Position numbers and translations under genes: made by a program. A DNA stretch of 64,000 bases from Patescibacteria group bacterium (lineage in GTDB: Bacteria; Patescibacteriota; Dojkabacteria; J137), in the NCBI GenBank assembly GCA_963169855.1, contig CAUJCN010000001.1:17828-81827 (forward strand), read 5' to 3'. Positions 18,580 to 28,370 of this stretch are shown here, one piece after another. The notes under the pieces were generated by a model. The model searched no databases. It had not been told where the DNA came from and was given only the letters and a program-made list of their open reading frames with translations. Every line of letters begins with the position of its first letter. Position 1 is the first letter of the stretch.

Positions 18580-19043
18580 GATTCACCTCTTTTAACTTTC
18601 TCCAACAAATCAAATATGTGCTTGAAGTTCTGAAAAAATTTCTCATATAAACTAAGACCTATTCCGTGCCTGTTCATATAATCTCTATACAAATCTTTAA
18701 AATCTTGAGTATTTAAAACTTCGGTCGCTAAGATATCTACTGGTCTACCATCAACAATAAACCATCCTGTTTCAGCACCACTAATATAAAATTTAGAATC
18801 AAATCTCGATTTATCTCGAGAATTTATTGCATCCATTACCTGCGTAAAGTTTACATTATCGTCTTTAGCAAGGTACAGTAACCTTGCCCCATTTGGGTTT
18901 TGCGGAGAAAGAAGGCTAATACTTAGAATTAAATCTTCTTCAAAGTAGTAAAGCAAGTTTCGATCAACTCCTCCTCTATATGTATTTAAATAATAGCCAA
19001 TCATATTAGTTTTAAATCGTTTGATTTTACCTCTATAACTCAA
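18576..19043 (-). CDS. Hypothetical protein
   Basis: 155-aa ORF, start uncertain (TTG or internal ATG). Confidence 0.5.
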   Translation of the reverse strand: MSYRGKIKRFKTNMIGYYLNTYRGGVDRNLLYYFEEDLILSISLLSPQNPNGARLLYLAKDDNVNFTQVMDAINSRDKSRFDSKFYISGAETGWFIVDGRPVDILATEVLNTQDFKDLYRDYMNRHGIGLSLYEKFFQNFKHIFDLLEKVKRGES

Positions 19044-19073
19044 ATAATCAAGGAATTCCTGTATAATTTATTT

Positions 19074-20135
19074 ATGACCATTGAAGACATTTCTCGATTT
19101 CGCTTATCCAATCAGCACCTAGTTGGAGAAAAGTTTAAAACCGCTCATGAAGTTGTTTCTCATTTAGGAGCTGTTCAAGCTCAAGAATATTACGGTGGAT
19201 TATGGTCTGTTGGAATGAGGATGGAAAGTGCAACAGAAAAAGAGGTAGAGGAGGAAATTGCTAAAAAGAAAATTATTAGAACTTGGCCAATGCGAGGAAC
19301 AATTCATCTTGTTCCTGCAGAAGATGCTTATTCTTTGTTAATTCATCTAACACCAAGAATCAAAACAAAATACGCAAGCATGTTAAAGAAGCAAGGACTT
19401 TCTGACGAAGTTTTCGAAAAATCTGCGAAATTGTTGAAGTTTGCACTCAAAGGAAATAATGCTCTAACAAGAGAAGAAATTTACGAAATTCTTACAAAGC
19501 AAAATATTCCTACAAAAAATATGGCAGGAATGAATATTATTGCGATACTTTCTCAGCAAGCAGTTATTTGCGAAGGAGTTCGAAAAGGAAAACAACAAAC
19601 ATTTGTTTTGTTCGATGAATGGATCAAAGAATATAACAAACTTGATAAAGACGAAACAATAGCAAATCTTGCTCTGAAATATTTTACAAGTCACGGTCCC
19701 GCTACAATTAAAGATTTTATGTTCTGGTCGGGAACATTATTAGCAGAAGCAAAACTCGCGGTTGAAGCTATTCAATCAAAACTAGAAGTTTTTGAACTAG
19801 ATGGGTTCACCTACTACATGCACAAAAATTCCAAGATAGTAAAGTTTGATTCTCCAGTTGTTCATTTGCTCCAGCCTTTCGACGAGTTAACGATTTCTCA
19901 CAGGAACTACCACGCTACAATAGACGAAAAATTAATTGAGAAACTGAAAAGTTCAAATATGTTCTCTATGTTCACAATAGATGGGAAAGTTACAGGAACT
20001 TGGAAGAGAATCCTGAAAAAAGATAATGTTGATTTCGAAATCAACAAGTTTAGAAAACTGTCGAATATAGAGGAGAATGAACTAGACAAAGCAATCAAGC
20101 AATATACTAACTTCATAAGCAACTCTTCGAAATAA
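19074..20135 (+). CDS. AlkZ-family (HTH_42) DNA glycosylase-like protein
   Basis: GAVQAQ, RTWPMRGTIHLV, YF.SHGPAT.KDF..WSG, LL.PFDE motifs. Confidence 0.9.
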   Translation: MTIEDISRFRLSNQHLVGEKFKTAHEVVSHLGAVQAQEYYGGLWSVGMRMESATEKEVEEEIAKKKIIRTWPMRGTIHLVPAEDAYSLLIHLTPRIKTKYASMLKKQGLSDEVFEKSAKLLKFALKGNNALTREEIYEILTKQNIPTKNMAGMNIIAILSQQAVICEGVRKGKQQTFVLFDEWIKEYNKLDKDETIANLALKYFTSHGPATIKDFMFWSGTLLAEAKLAVEAIQSKLEVFELDGFTYYMHKNSKIVKFDSPVVHLLQPFDELTISHRNYHATIDEKLIEKLKSSNMFSMFTIDGKVTGTWKRILKKDNVDFEINKFRKLSNIEENELDKAIKQYTNFISNSSK

Positions 20136-20188
20136 ACTTGTATGTGTGGTGGCTTCAAGTATATAATCCCGTAAATCAATAGTATTAA

Positions 20189-20677
20189 ATGGAGTCACCT
20201 GGACAACTATCAGTCAAATTCGCTCATGAAAGTGCAGTTCATCAAAGACGCGTAAGTTTAATGCTGGAGACTCAAAAAGATATTCAGACACAAACAGGAT
20301 TGGAAATTGATTTAGGGTATTTGCTAGAAAGAGATAAGAGAAAAGAGGTTGCTTTTGAGAAATTTGGCTATGACTTCATAAAAGGAGGGTTACGATCCTT
20401 AAAGACAAAATACCAGATAAGAAGATTAGACGACAACTTGTATTCATCAGTTACACTTAATTCAATGTATCAAACAGTACTCATTCACTTTGGAACAGTA
20501 CAAACAGATGAAGGTCCAGATATTTTCATCACAAAAAGCGAAGAAATTACTAGATACAAAACTGTTGATAACAAGTTTATTTGGGTTTCTGGAATTTGGA
20601 CAAGGACAGGAAGTTTCGAGCTGGATGGAGAGGATAGAGGGGCTATGGAGTTTAGTATTTTTGAAATAGAAGAATAA
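20189..20677 (+). CDS. Hypothetical protein, orphan paralog family member 2
   Basis: DIQTQTGLEIDL and KSEEITRYKTVD motifs. Confidence 0.7.
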   Translation: MESPGQLSVKFAHESAVHQRRVSLMLETQKDIQTQTGLEIDLGYLLERDKRKEVAFEKFGYDFIKGGLRSLKTKYQIRRLDDNLYSSVTLNSMYQTVLIHFGTVQTDEGPDIFITKSEEITRYKTVDNKFIWVSGIWTRTGSFELDGEDRGAMEFSIFEIEE

Positions 20678-20681
20678 ATCT

Positions 20682-21044
20682 ATGAGCTACCTACACGAAT
20701 CAGGAGACGAAAGATACTTTACATTTGGAGATTACTCCACAACAACGACTAAACACAAATACGAACCTAAACTACCTCTATCAGCGATTGAGAAGGAAAA
20801 ACAAACATTACATTGGTTTATACAAGAAGCTGCTTGTTCCCCAAATCCAGTATTTGCTCTATCAAAAATTATGACCGACTTTTCTAGTCAACATCTGCTT
20901 CCTAACAGAACTCTATCACCTGAGAATTACGCAATTATGGATTGGTTAGACAAATGGAATCAAGAGTTTATGAGAATTGCTCTTAAAGTTGATGATTTGG
21001 AAGCAGAAACAGCAAAAGATCCAGATTTTCTAAAAGAATCTTAA
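20682..21044 (+). CDS. Hypothetical protein
   Basis: 120-aa ORF tightly packed in the run of + strand genes. Confidence 0.55.
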   Translation: MSYLHESGDERYFTFGDYSTTTTKHKYEPKLPLSAIEKEKQTLHWFIQEAACSPNPVFALSKIMTDFSSQHLLPNRTLSPENYAIMDWLDKWNQEFMRIALKVDDLEAETAKDPDFLKES

Positions 21045-21046
21045 AC

Positions 21047-21544
21047 ATGGAAAAGACAACTGACGAAAAAATTAGGCATTTGGACAAACGAATAGAGAAA
21101 AACTTCGAAGAAAACCTTAGAAAAAAAGCTCGTCAGATTTATAGGCAGACTCGTTTGAAGCTGGACTTAAAAAACTTAAGAATGAAAGAAAAGAAGAAAG
21201 AATGGGCTTTTAAAGGATTTTCTGAACATCACAGAATTTACGAGCAGCCTCAGAATGAAGACGAAAAGCAAGAACTACTAACAGCAGAAACACCATTCAC
21301 TATCGATTTAATCAACTCCAAAGACCAAGTTGTTCTTTATCAATGTAAATATCATATTGGAGATGATGGCAAACTAGAAATCGAACCAATCATTCTCGAA
21401 GAAATTGCAGAGCATCTTACAACTGACGGTCAAAAGATATGGATTTCGGAATTCAGCAGAAAAGTTGACGATGGCGATGGAGACTGGCACTGGGAAAGTG
21501 AATTTGGAAATCTAGGATCTAGAGACACTTGGAATGAAGCTTGA
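21047..21544 (+). CDS. Hypothetical protein, orphan paralog family member 3
   Basis: QIYRQTRLKLDL and LEEIAEHLTTDG.KIW..EF motifs. Confidence 0.65.
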   Translation: MEKTTDEKIRHLDKRIEKNFEENLRKKARQIYRQTRLKLDLKNLRMKEKKKEWAFKGFSEHHRIYEQPQNEDEKQELLTAETPFTIDLINSKDQVVLYQCKYHIGDDGKLEIEPIILEEIAEHLTTDGQKIWISEFSRKVDDGDGDWHWESEFGNLGSRDTWNEA

Positions 21545-21667
21545 TGGTTCATTTACTCTGCTAAAAGAGAAGTAAATTGCAACTCCAACGAACAAACAAG
21601 TTACTGTTGTGTAAAGCAAGTACAAAACTATCAATGAAACAAAAAGTAGTAGATCGGTCTTCTTCAT
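21512..21667 (-). pseudogene. Short hydrophobic ORF, probable N-terminal gene remnant
   Basis: MKKTDLLLFVSLIVLYLLYTTVTCLFVGVAIYF... 51 aa, runs into the 3' end of the convergent gene. Confidence 0.4.
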
Positions 21668-21839
21668 AAATAAATTTTATCACATTGCCGAAACCTTTAT
21701 CTACATAGTAGTATCCACTTATGGATCAAGATGATGTAATTAAAAGACTAGAAAATGATATAGCTCGACTAAATGCCGAAGGTGAGCAATAATGCTTGTT
21801 CAAATTCATTCGCTCAATTAAAATGATTTTACCAACAGT

Positions 21840-22463
21840 ATGGATTTGTTCATAAGAGAGAAAAATTATAGTCAGGAAGATTTAGATAGGCTTCGAATTT
21901 ACGTTGCAAAGAATCTACCTAGAGCAATTGAATCAGAAGATTCAGAGTTTATAAATCAAGTGGCTTTCTACACAGGATACTCTACCTTTACAGAGGAACT
22001 CATAGAATACGGTCCAACAGATAGTGCAATGAAAGATCCTTTTCCTTACGAGGAATATGGTGACTTACTAAATGCTGTTAGAGACTGTAGACGAATAGTT
22101 TGTTTAGAAATTGCTAAACTTCCCTTCGAATCACTAAGTAAACTTAACAGCCTATTAAAAGATAGTAATGCCCGACTCAAAAAATATGAAAACCACGAGG
22201 ATCAGCTAGAGTTTTGTACACAGACAGCGGGAAGAATTGAATGGCTTGTAATAGTCAAAAATACATACTCTATGGATGAAGTTGCCACTGCTGTAGATGA
22301 ATTTTTCAGCAAATTTAATTGGCTAGATGAGAAGCCAATAAAAGCTGGATTAAAGGGATATTATCTCGGGATGCTTATGCTGACTGATAAAAGAGTTATT
22401 CAATATGTAAACGAATGCTTATCCGAGTCGGAGAATAAACTAAAACCTTTAACTGAAATTTAG
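21840..22463 (+). CDS. Hypothetical protein
   Basis: 207-aa ORF with ATG start. Confidence 0.65.
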   Translation: MDLFIREKNYSQEDLDRLRIYVAKNLPRAIESEDSEFINQVAFYTGYSTFTEELIEYGPTDSAMKDPFPYEEYGDLLNAVRDCRRIVCLEIAKLPFESLSKLNSLLKDSNARLKKYENHEDQLEFCTQTAGRIEWLVIVKNTYSMDEVATAVDEFFSKFNWLDEKPIKAGLKGYYLGMLMLTDKRVIQYVNECLSESENKLKPLTEI

Positions 22464-22477
22464 TTACAATAATTCTT

Positions 22478-23044
22478 ATGAAACGACTAATAAACTTCCT
22501 ATTTGAAATCGGAACACTTCGAAAAATCGCACGATCACACAGACAATCATTCCTAACTGATGATCTTTCAGACAACATCGCATCTCATTCGTACAGAGTT
22601 TCAGCAATTGGATACCTTCTTGCAAAACAAGAAAACGCTGATTCTGGAAAAGTATTAAAAATGTGTGTTTTCCACGATATTGGAGAAACAAGAAGTGGAG
22701 ATCAGAATTGGATTAACAAAGGTTATGTTAAAGTTTTCGAAGACGAAATTCTTAATGACCAACTAAAAGATTTGACGCAAGATAACGAGCTTCTTGACTT
22801 GATGAAAGAATATCAGAAAAGAGAATCATTAGAAGCTAAGATTACTAAAGATGCGGATACATTAGATCAACTTCTACTTGAACTCGAATACGCTCAACGA
22901 GGTAACAAGCTTGCACAAGAATGGGCTGATGATACTCTCAATAGAAATTTGTTTACTGAATCTGCAAAGAAATTTCGAGAAGAAATTCTAAAAACAAAAC
23001 CAAGCGATTGGATAATGTATCACGAAGAAAGGAGAACTAACTAA
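22478..23044 (+). CDS. HD-domain phosphohydrolase (YfbR/HDDC2-like)
   Basis: IASHSYR, FHDIGETRSGD, KDADTLD motifs. Confidence 0.9.
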   Translation: MKRLINFLFEIGTLRKIARSHRQSFLTDDLSDNIASHSYRVSAIGYLLAKQENADSGKVLKMCVFHDIGETRSGDQNWINKGYVKVFEDEILNDQLKDLTQDNELLDLMKEYQKRESLEAKITKDADTLDQLLLELEYAQRGNKLAQEWADDTLNRNLFTESAKKFREEILKTKPSDWIMYHEERRTN

Positions 23045-23075
23045 GGCTCTTCTTTTTCGATTTCAATTCCTCCTT
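22994..23075 (+). repeat. Diverged direct repeat, copy 1
   Basis: 35 nt identical to 24279-24313, then ATTTCAATTCCTCCTT shared with 24357-24372. Confidence 0.9.
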
Positions 23076-23146
23076 CTAGAAAAAAGACCCTTGGAGCAAG
23101 GTTTCAGGAATGGGCTACAACAAAAACTCTGCTCGTTCTAATTGCT

Positions 23147-23716
23147 GTGTTACAAGTAATAATGATTTTGTTGATTATCAATCCAGTATCAATGTTTCAG
23201 CAATTTCAAAATAATCAGTTAATAAACGAAGTAAAGGGAAAAGTAGAGATAACTTCTTCCGAAACTCCAGTAATTGCAACTGTTACTAATGCAGATGAAC
23301 TTAGAAATGCTAATGGAGCTCAAGCCCAGATTTACAAGGATGCAGAGGCAGGAGATTATGTTTTAGGATACTCTGATAGATTGATTATTTATAGAAGATC
23401 TACAGGAACAATAATCTATGACGGAGTTACTCCTTCTGGGTTAGTTAACGAAGCACAAACACGAATCATCGAAACAATAACAACCAAAGCAAAGGACATG
23501 AGAGTTATTTCTGCAAGCTCTACAGAGGTTCCTCAGATTTCTATAATTACAGATGTGGATACTTTAAAGACCAACGATCCAGCATTTTACGCAAATGCAA
23601 AAAACAATGATATCGTTGGATTATTCGCAAGTGCACAAGTTATCGTTCTCTACAGTCAAGAATCGGAGTCCATTATTAACTCTGGAAAATACGCAACTTC
23701 AATTCAACAAATATAG
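23147..23716 (+). CDS. Membrane-anchored protein with duplicated domain, probably 5'-truncated
   Basis: Two copies of P.I..(V/I)T..D.L......Y..A...D.V motif; frame is open upstream to the repeat junction with no ATG. Confidence 0.65.
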   Translation: MLQVIMILLIINPVSMFQQFQNNQLINEVKGKVEITSSETPVIATVTNADELRNANGAQAQIYKDAEAGDYVLGYSDRLIIYRRSTGTIIYDGVTPSGLVNEAQTRIIETITTKAKDMRVISASSTEVPQISIITDVDTLKTNDPAFYANAKNNDIVGLFASAQVIVLYSQESESIINSGKYATSIQQI

Positions 23717-23722
23717 AGGGAA

Positions 23723-24070
23723 TTAGCTTTCTCTATTAGATAAGTATTTAGCATTAATACTACCTAACAAAGCATTACCGTCTTTAGTAAGAGATACTTC
23801 TGTATATGCACCTTCATGTTTATCATCAGTTAGTTTTTGTATTTCAGTTCTTAAAAATATAATCTCTTCTGGGAGTAAGTTTTGATCCTCTTGGCTATTC
23901 AAAGTAATGCATCTCTTTAGAAAATCCTCAACCTCTTGATACTGTTGTCTTGTTTTGGGGGAAAATCTATTTCTCACATCTACTAAAAAATACATTCTTC
24001 CTTCAAAATTTAGACCTACAGGCCTAAAACTACCATCATTTCCTCCTAAATTTCTTATTTTACTATCCAT
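23723..24070 (-). CDS. Hypothetical protein
   Basis: 115-aa ORF; TGGTATAAT on the minus strand upstream. Confidence 0.6.
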   Translation of the reverse strand: MDSKIRNLGGNDGSFRPVGLNFEGRMYFLVDVRNRFSPKTRQQYQEVEDFLKRCITLNSQEDQNLLPEEIIFLRTEIQKLTDDKHEGAYTEVSLTKDGNALLGSINAKYLSNRES

Positions 24071-24278
24071 TCTAAAGTGTTAACAATATATGGCGGCATT
24101 ATACCACATTTAAGAAGTAATTTTAAAGTTTGTTAAATTCACTAGTTAATTCAATTTAACTGATATAATCCATCCAATTATAACTGCCTAAAATGACTGA
24201 CAAGATACAAGAACCTCTTCTGGTCGAAGATTTGTACGAAAAATTAGCTAATCATATAGCTGAATTAGTTTTTAAAAG

Positions 24279-24372
24279 ACAAAACCAAGCGATTGGATAA
24301 TGTATCACGAAGAGAGAAGAAATAATTAAGCTTCTTCTTCTTCTTTTTCTTTTTCTATTTCAATTCCTCCTT
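24279..24372 (+). repeat. Diverged direct repeat, copy 2
   Basis: See 22994-23075. Confidence 0.9.
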
Positions 24373-24973
24373 TTAAGTACTCACCTCTTGGAATTACTGC
24401 TTTAATTATTTCGATAACTTGCGCCAAAGTAATATCGCCATCAGGAATATTTAATTCTGATCTCACATTAGCTGAAACCAAGTCACTATTAATTGAAGCA
24501 TATCTTGATGAAAATATTTTCGAACCAGAATACATAGAGTAGAGGAAATCCAGTGTAGCTAACAATCCCATTTCTTCAATATTATCTGTTCCTTTTACGA
24601 ATGACTCAAAATTCACTTCTGAAACTGTTTGAAGATATTCAACAAATTTTTCCAAGTCCTCATGTGGAGTAATAACATCAAAAATATGTGGATTATCTAA
24701 TGCTATGTAGTAAATTCTATCGATAAGATTGTCCGGTTGAACAAAGGTGCCAGGTGCAAACCCATGTAAACTTGCTCTTTGCAAAGAAGCAACTTTACCT
24801 GCTGGCCATGAACCCATATCTGATAAAGATTGTTCAATAATATCTTTAAGTTGGGATTCTAGAGAGCCCATTGTAGTAACTTGTCCTTGAAGTACTACAG
24901 CTGAACCAGGCAATTTGAATCTGATAATTCCATTTTGAGGAACGATGACATTTTCTAACCTTGGTAATTCCAT
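24326..24973 (-). CDS. Hypothetical protein
   Basis: 215-aa ORF with acidic tail. Confidence 0.65.
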   Translation of the reverse strand: MELPRLENVIVPQNGIIRFKLPGSAVVLQGQVTTMGSLESQLKDIIEQSLSDMGSWPAGKVASLQRASLHGFAPGTFVQPDNLIDRIYYIALDNPHIFDVITPHEDLEKFVEYLQTVSEVNFESFVKGTDNIEEMGLLATLDFLYSMYSGSKIFSSRYASINSDLVSANVRSELNIPDGDITLAQVIEIIKAVIPRGEYLKGGIEIEKEKEEEEA

Positions 24974-25009
24974 AGTAAATTTTATAATATGCCCGAGTAT
25001 AGCACACAG

Positions 25010-25462
25010 CTACTGTTCCTCAGGTCCAGTCAGAATTTCAAATTGAACATTGTTATCATCAACAAAAAATGCAACTGTTCGGTTAGTCGATTTAAATCTG
25101 AAGTAACTATTGCTAGCTTCCTTTAGAGTATGAATTACTGAATCTATTTGTTCAATTGCTGTTCTTGTAGCTTTAAAACCTAAGTGCAGTTTTTCTATTT
25201 GAGACTTACATTTCTCAAGACCGTCTACCAAACTATTAATAATATCCGTAAGTTTACATACAAATTTTCCTGGGAGAGTTTGAATGGCACTTGTAGAAAC
25301 TACAGATTCTTCTGGGAAGTATTTAAATGATGTTTGAGGTTTCCCAATTAAGTACAAATTTCGTCCCACCAACGGTGTTAATAAAACTCTAATTCCTACA
25401 AGGTTTATAGTGAGTTTTTGACCTTCGATCTTAAATAGAACCTTTTGCGTCGGAACTTCCAT
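25010..25462 (-). CDS. Hypothetical protein (probable paralog of 25465-25932)
   Basis: Similar length and C-terminus NR.(V/I).F....N.(V/L).(F/Y)EI.....EQ. Confidence 0.6.
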   Translation of the reverse strand: MEVPTQKVLFKIEGQKLTINLVGIRVLLTPLVGRNLYLIGKPQTSFKYFPEESVVSTSAIQTLPGKFVCKLTDIINSLVDGLEKCKSQIEKLHLGFKATRTAIEQIDSVIHTLKEASNSYFRFKSTNRTVAFFVDDNNVQFEILTGPEEQ

Positions 25463-25464
25463 GT

Positions 25465-25932
25465 TTATTGTTCATCATCATAAATAATTTCGTATTCAAG
25501 ACTATTACGAACATATTCGAAAGATATTTTTCGATTATACATTATTCCTCTTTTACAATATTCTAGCTCGTCTTCCAATTCTTTCATATACTTTTGAGCC
25601 AAACGTAAAACTAAATCCCTATCTCTTGGAGGTATGTGTATATCGATTTCATCAATGTAGATCTGTAAGAAATCTTTAACTGCCTGTACAACTTCCGATC
25701 TTTCGCATACAAATTTAGAGGGATCGGCTTGTTGAATGAGGGTTGAAATTACCAAATGCTGAGGAACGTTATCAAACCATCGTCCATTGTGGCCCAAATC
25801 TCCTACAGATCTTTCGATTATTCTTCCAATCTTAGGTTTAAATGAATTCCAATGAAGGATAAGCTTACCCTCGTGAATTAAGAAGATACGCCCACCTTTC
25901 ATCAATTCTCTTGCATCTGGATTCTCTGGCAT
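25465..25932 (-). CDS. Hypothetical protein (probable paralog of 25010-25462)
   Basis: See 25010-25462. Confidence 0.6.
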   Translation of the reverse strand: MPENPDARELMKGGRIFLIHEGKLILHWNSFKPKIGRIIERSVGDLGHNGRWFDNVPQHLVISTLIQQADPSKFVCERSEVVQAVKDFLQIYIDEIDIHIPPRDRDLVLRLAQKYMKELEDELEYCKRGIMYNRKISFEYVRNSLEYEIIYDDEQ

Positions 25933-25989
25933 AAGGGAATTCTAGCATTTTTTGCTATAATTTCAGGTATTACCTATCAAAATTCCTGT

Positions 25990-27756
25990 ATGAAAAATAT
26001 TTTTAGAATAATAAAGCTTTCTAAGCCAATGCATCGTTTGATGTACTTAATCATGTTCTTAGTTTTAGTTGGAGTTGCTTTTGATATTGTTACACCTCTG
26101 TTATCCGGAAGAATTTTAGACGAAGTTGTAAAACAAGCAGGTAACGAAAACAAGGTCTTTAATGATTTAGTTGTTTTGCTTGCTATATCGTTCTTCTCAA
26201 CATCAATGTATCTAATTTTAAGGTCAATTGGACAGAGATTAGGAGATCATTTAGCAGGAAGAATGCGAAAGTATTTAACAGAAGTTTTCTACCACAAAGC
26301 TCTTACACTTCCTCAATCATATTATGATTCAGAAGTTTCTGGAAAAATTGTGAACCAATTGAACAGAGGGATTATTTCAATTCAAGAATTTTCTAACACT
26401 CTTACAAACTATATTCTTCCAACTTTTTTACAAGCGATTTTAGTTATAGGAATCTTGGCTTACTACAACATTGCTTTGGCAGGTTTGATGATTTTGATTT
26501 TTCCAATTTATTTAACAATCAGTAGAATTTCTACAAGAAGATGGGGTAAGAGAGAAGAAGTTAAAAACAAAATTGAGGATAGAACAAGAGGCCGAATTCA
26601 AGAAGCAATTGCAAATATAAAACTCGTAAAAGGATTTACAAACGAAAAAAACGAATACGAGCTAGTCTCGAATAACTTAAAAGATATTAATGAAGTTTAT
26701 CGAAAACAAAGTAACGAGTTCCACATTTTCGATTTTCTGAGAGAAATCAGCATGAATGCGATTTTATTCGTAACTACAATCATTATATTCACAAATGCAT
26801 TCCAAGGATTTATCACAGTCGGAACTGTAATCATTCTTATTCAATTAGTAGAAAGAGCAAGACAACCATTGTTTGGAATGTCATACATTTTAGGGGCTAT
26901 CCAGCAAGCTGAATCAGGATCAAAAGAGTTTTTTGAAGTTCTTGCGCTAGAGTCAGTCGAGGATTTCGAAGCTGATCAAGAAGTAGAGAAAGTTTCTAAC
27001 CCAACTATCGAATTCAAAAATGTCGCTTTCAAATACGATACATCAGAAAGTATTCTAGAAGACATTAGTTTTAAAATTCACGAAGGAGAAATGGTAGCCT
27101 TAGTTGGACCATCAGGAGCTGGGAAATCTACAATCGTGAACCTAATTTTAAGATTCTACAAAAACAATTCTGGAGAAATTTCTATAAACGGGAAATCTTA
27201 CAACGAAATTACTCACAACTTTATTAGAAAGAATATCGCTTTGGTCTTCCAAGAGAACGAATTATTCTCTTCAACAATTAAAGAGAATGTAGCTTACGGT
27301 TCAAAAGTTGACGATGAAAAAGTTATCGAAGCATTAAAGCAAGCAAACGCTTGGGACTTCGTTTCGAAGTTATCCGAAGGAATAAACACAGAAGTAGGAG
27401 AGAGAGGAGTTAAACTTTCTGGAGGACAAAGACAAAGAGTTCAGATTGCTAGAGCAATTTATAAAGACGCTCCAATCTTAATTTTAGATGAAGCAACCTC
27501 TAGTTTAGATGCAAAGTCGGAATCAGAAGTTAGCGAGGCAATCGATAATTTAGTAAAGAATAGATTAGTGATTGTAATCGCTCATAGATTTTCTACAATC
27601 CAAAATGCAAGCAAGATTATTGTTCTAAATGATAAGAAGGTGGAGGCAATTGGAACTCCTCAAGAACTTTCAACTCAACCAGGAATTTATTCAGAATTGT
27701 TACAGTATCAGATTGAAGGAAATAAAAAGTTATTAAAGAAGTTTGACCTTTATTGA
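25990..27756 (+). CDS. ABC exporter, fused permease/ATPase
   Basis: N-terminal TM helices; GPSGAGKS, LSGGQRQR, ILDEATSSLD, IAHR. Confidence 0.95.
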   Translation: MKNIFRIIKLSKPMHRLMYLIMFLVLVGVAFDIVTPLLSGRILDEVVKQAGNENKVFNDLVVLLAISFFSTSMYLILRSIGQRLGDHLAGRMRKYLTEVFYHKALTLPQSYYDSEVSGKIVNQLNRGIISIQEFSNTLTNYILPTFLQAILVIGILAYYNIALAGLMILIFPIYLTISRISTRRWGKREEVKNKIEDRTRGRIQEAIANIKLVKGFTNEKNEYELVSNNLKDINEVYRKQSNEFHIFDFLREISMNAILFVTTIIIFTNAFQGFITVGTVIILIQLVERARQPLFGMSYILGAIQQAESGSKEFFEVLALESVEDFEADQEVEKVSNPTIEFKNVAFKYDTSESILEDISFKIHEGEMVALVGPSGAGKSTIVNLILRFYKNNSGEISINGKSYNEITHNFIRKNIALVFQENELFSSTIKENVAYGSKVDDEKVIEALKQANAWDFVSKLSEGINTEVGERGVKLSGGQRQRVQIARAIYKDAPILILDEATSSLDAKSESEVSEAIDNLVKNRLVIVIAHRFSTIQNASKIIVLNDKKVEAIGTPQELSTQPGIYSELLQYQIEGNKKLLKKFDLY

Positions 27757-27968
27757 GCTTCAATTGACACAGCTGGAAAAGCAAGTGAGACCGTTGTCCC
27801 TTGCTTTTTTCCTGCACTATCAATTTCTACCCCAATCCCAAAATGTTTCATTGAACCAAGTCCAAATCCACTATCTGCTCTAACATCCTTAGGGGATTCT
27901 TTAGCAATGTTGGCACGAATTATCTTTAAACCTCTTTTATTGATTCCTTTTCCATCGTCTTTACACAT
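27750..27968 (-). pseudogene. C-terminal remnant of a histidine kinase-like ATPase (HATPase_c) domain
   Basis: KDDGKG (G1), GFGLG (G2) and GTTVSLAFP motifs with no N-box or upstream domains. Confidence 0.6.
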
Positions 27969-28317
27969 TATTACAATGCATCCGAGATCAGAATATAGAG
28001 AGGCTAATGATTCCGAATGGAGTAGATCAGAAACTTCTTTGGGTGCTGGAATAGAAGTTGCAGCTGCTGGGCAATACGAAAGTGGAGATGATGAAAATGA
28101 ATCTCACTCTTCTGGAAACGTTGGAGTAGGTGCACAGGCTGGAGTAGAAATACATAACCAATCTGAATCTTATGAAGATGAGAATGAAGACTGGAGTAGT
28201 TCTGAAACTTCAATCGGAGTAGGATTCGAATTAGAAGGAATGTTTAACTCAGAAAATAGTAACGATTCTAACGGAGATAACTTCTTAGATGAATTATTAG
28301 ATTTGGATTTATTCTAG
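27907..28317 (+). pseudogene. Acidic repeat-containing ORF, probably a 5'-truncated remnant
   Basis: Three E.......WS.SETS.G.G-like repeats; N-terminal part is antisense to the HATPase remnant. Confidence 0.4.
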
Positions 28318-28370
28318 AACCTAATTAGATAAATCCAAAAATGGGCCTCCAGTAGTGCGGTAGGTCCTTT

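Noticed and set aside
13454-20173. Identical 13-mer ATATAATCCCGTA at 13454 and 20161
   Set aside because: Half of it is the -10 box, and matches of this length are expected by chance in AT-rich DNA.
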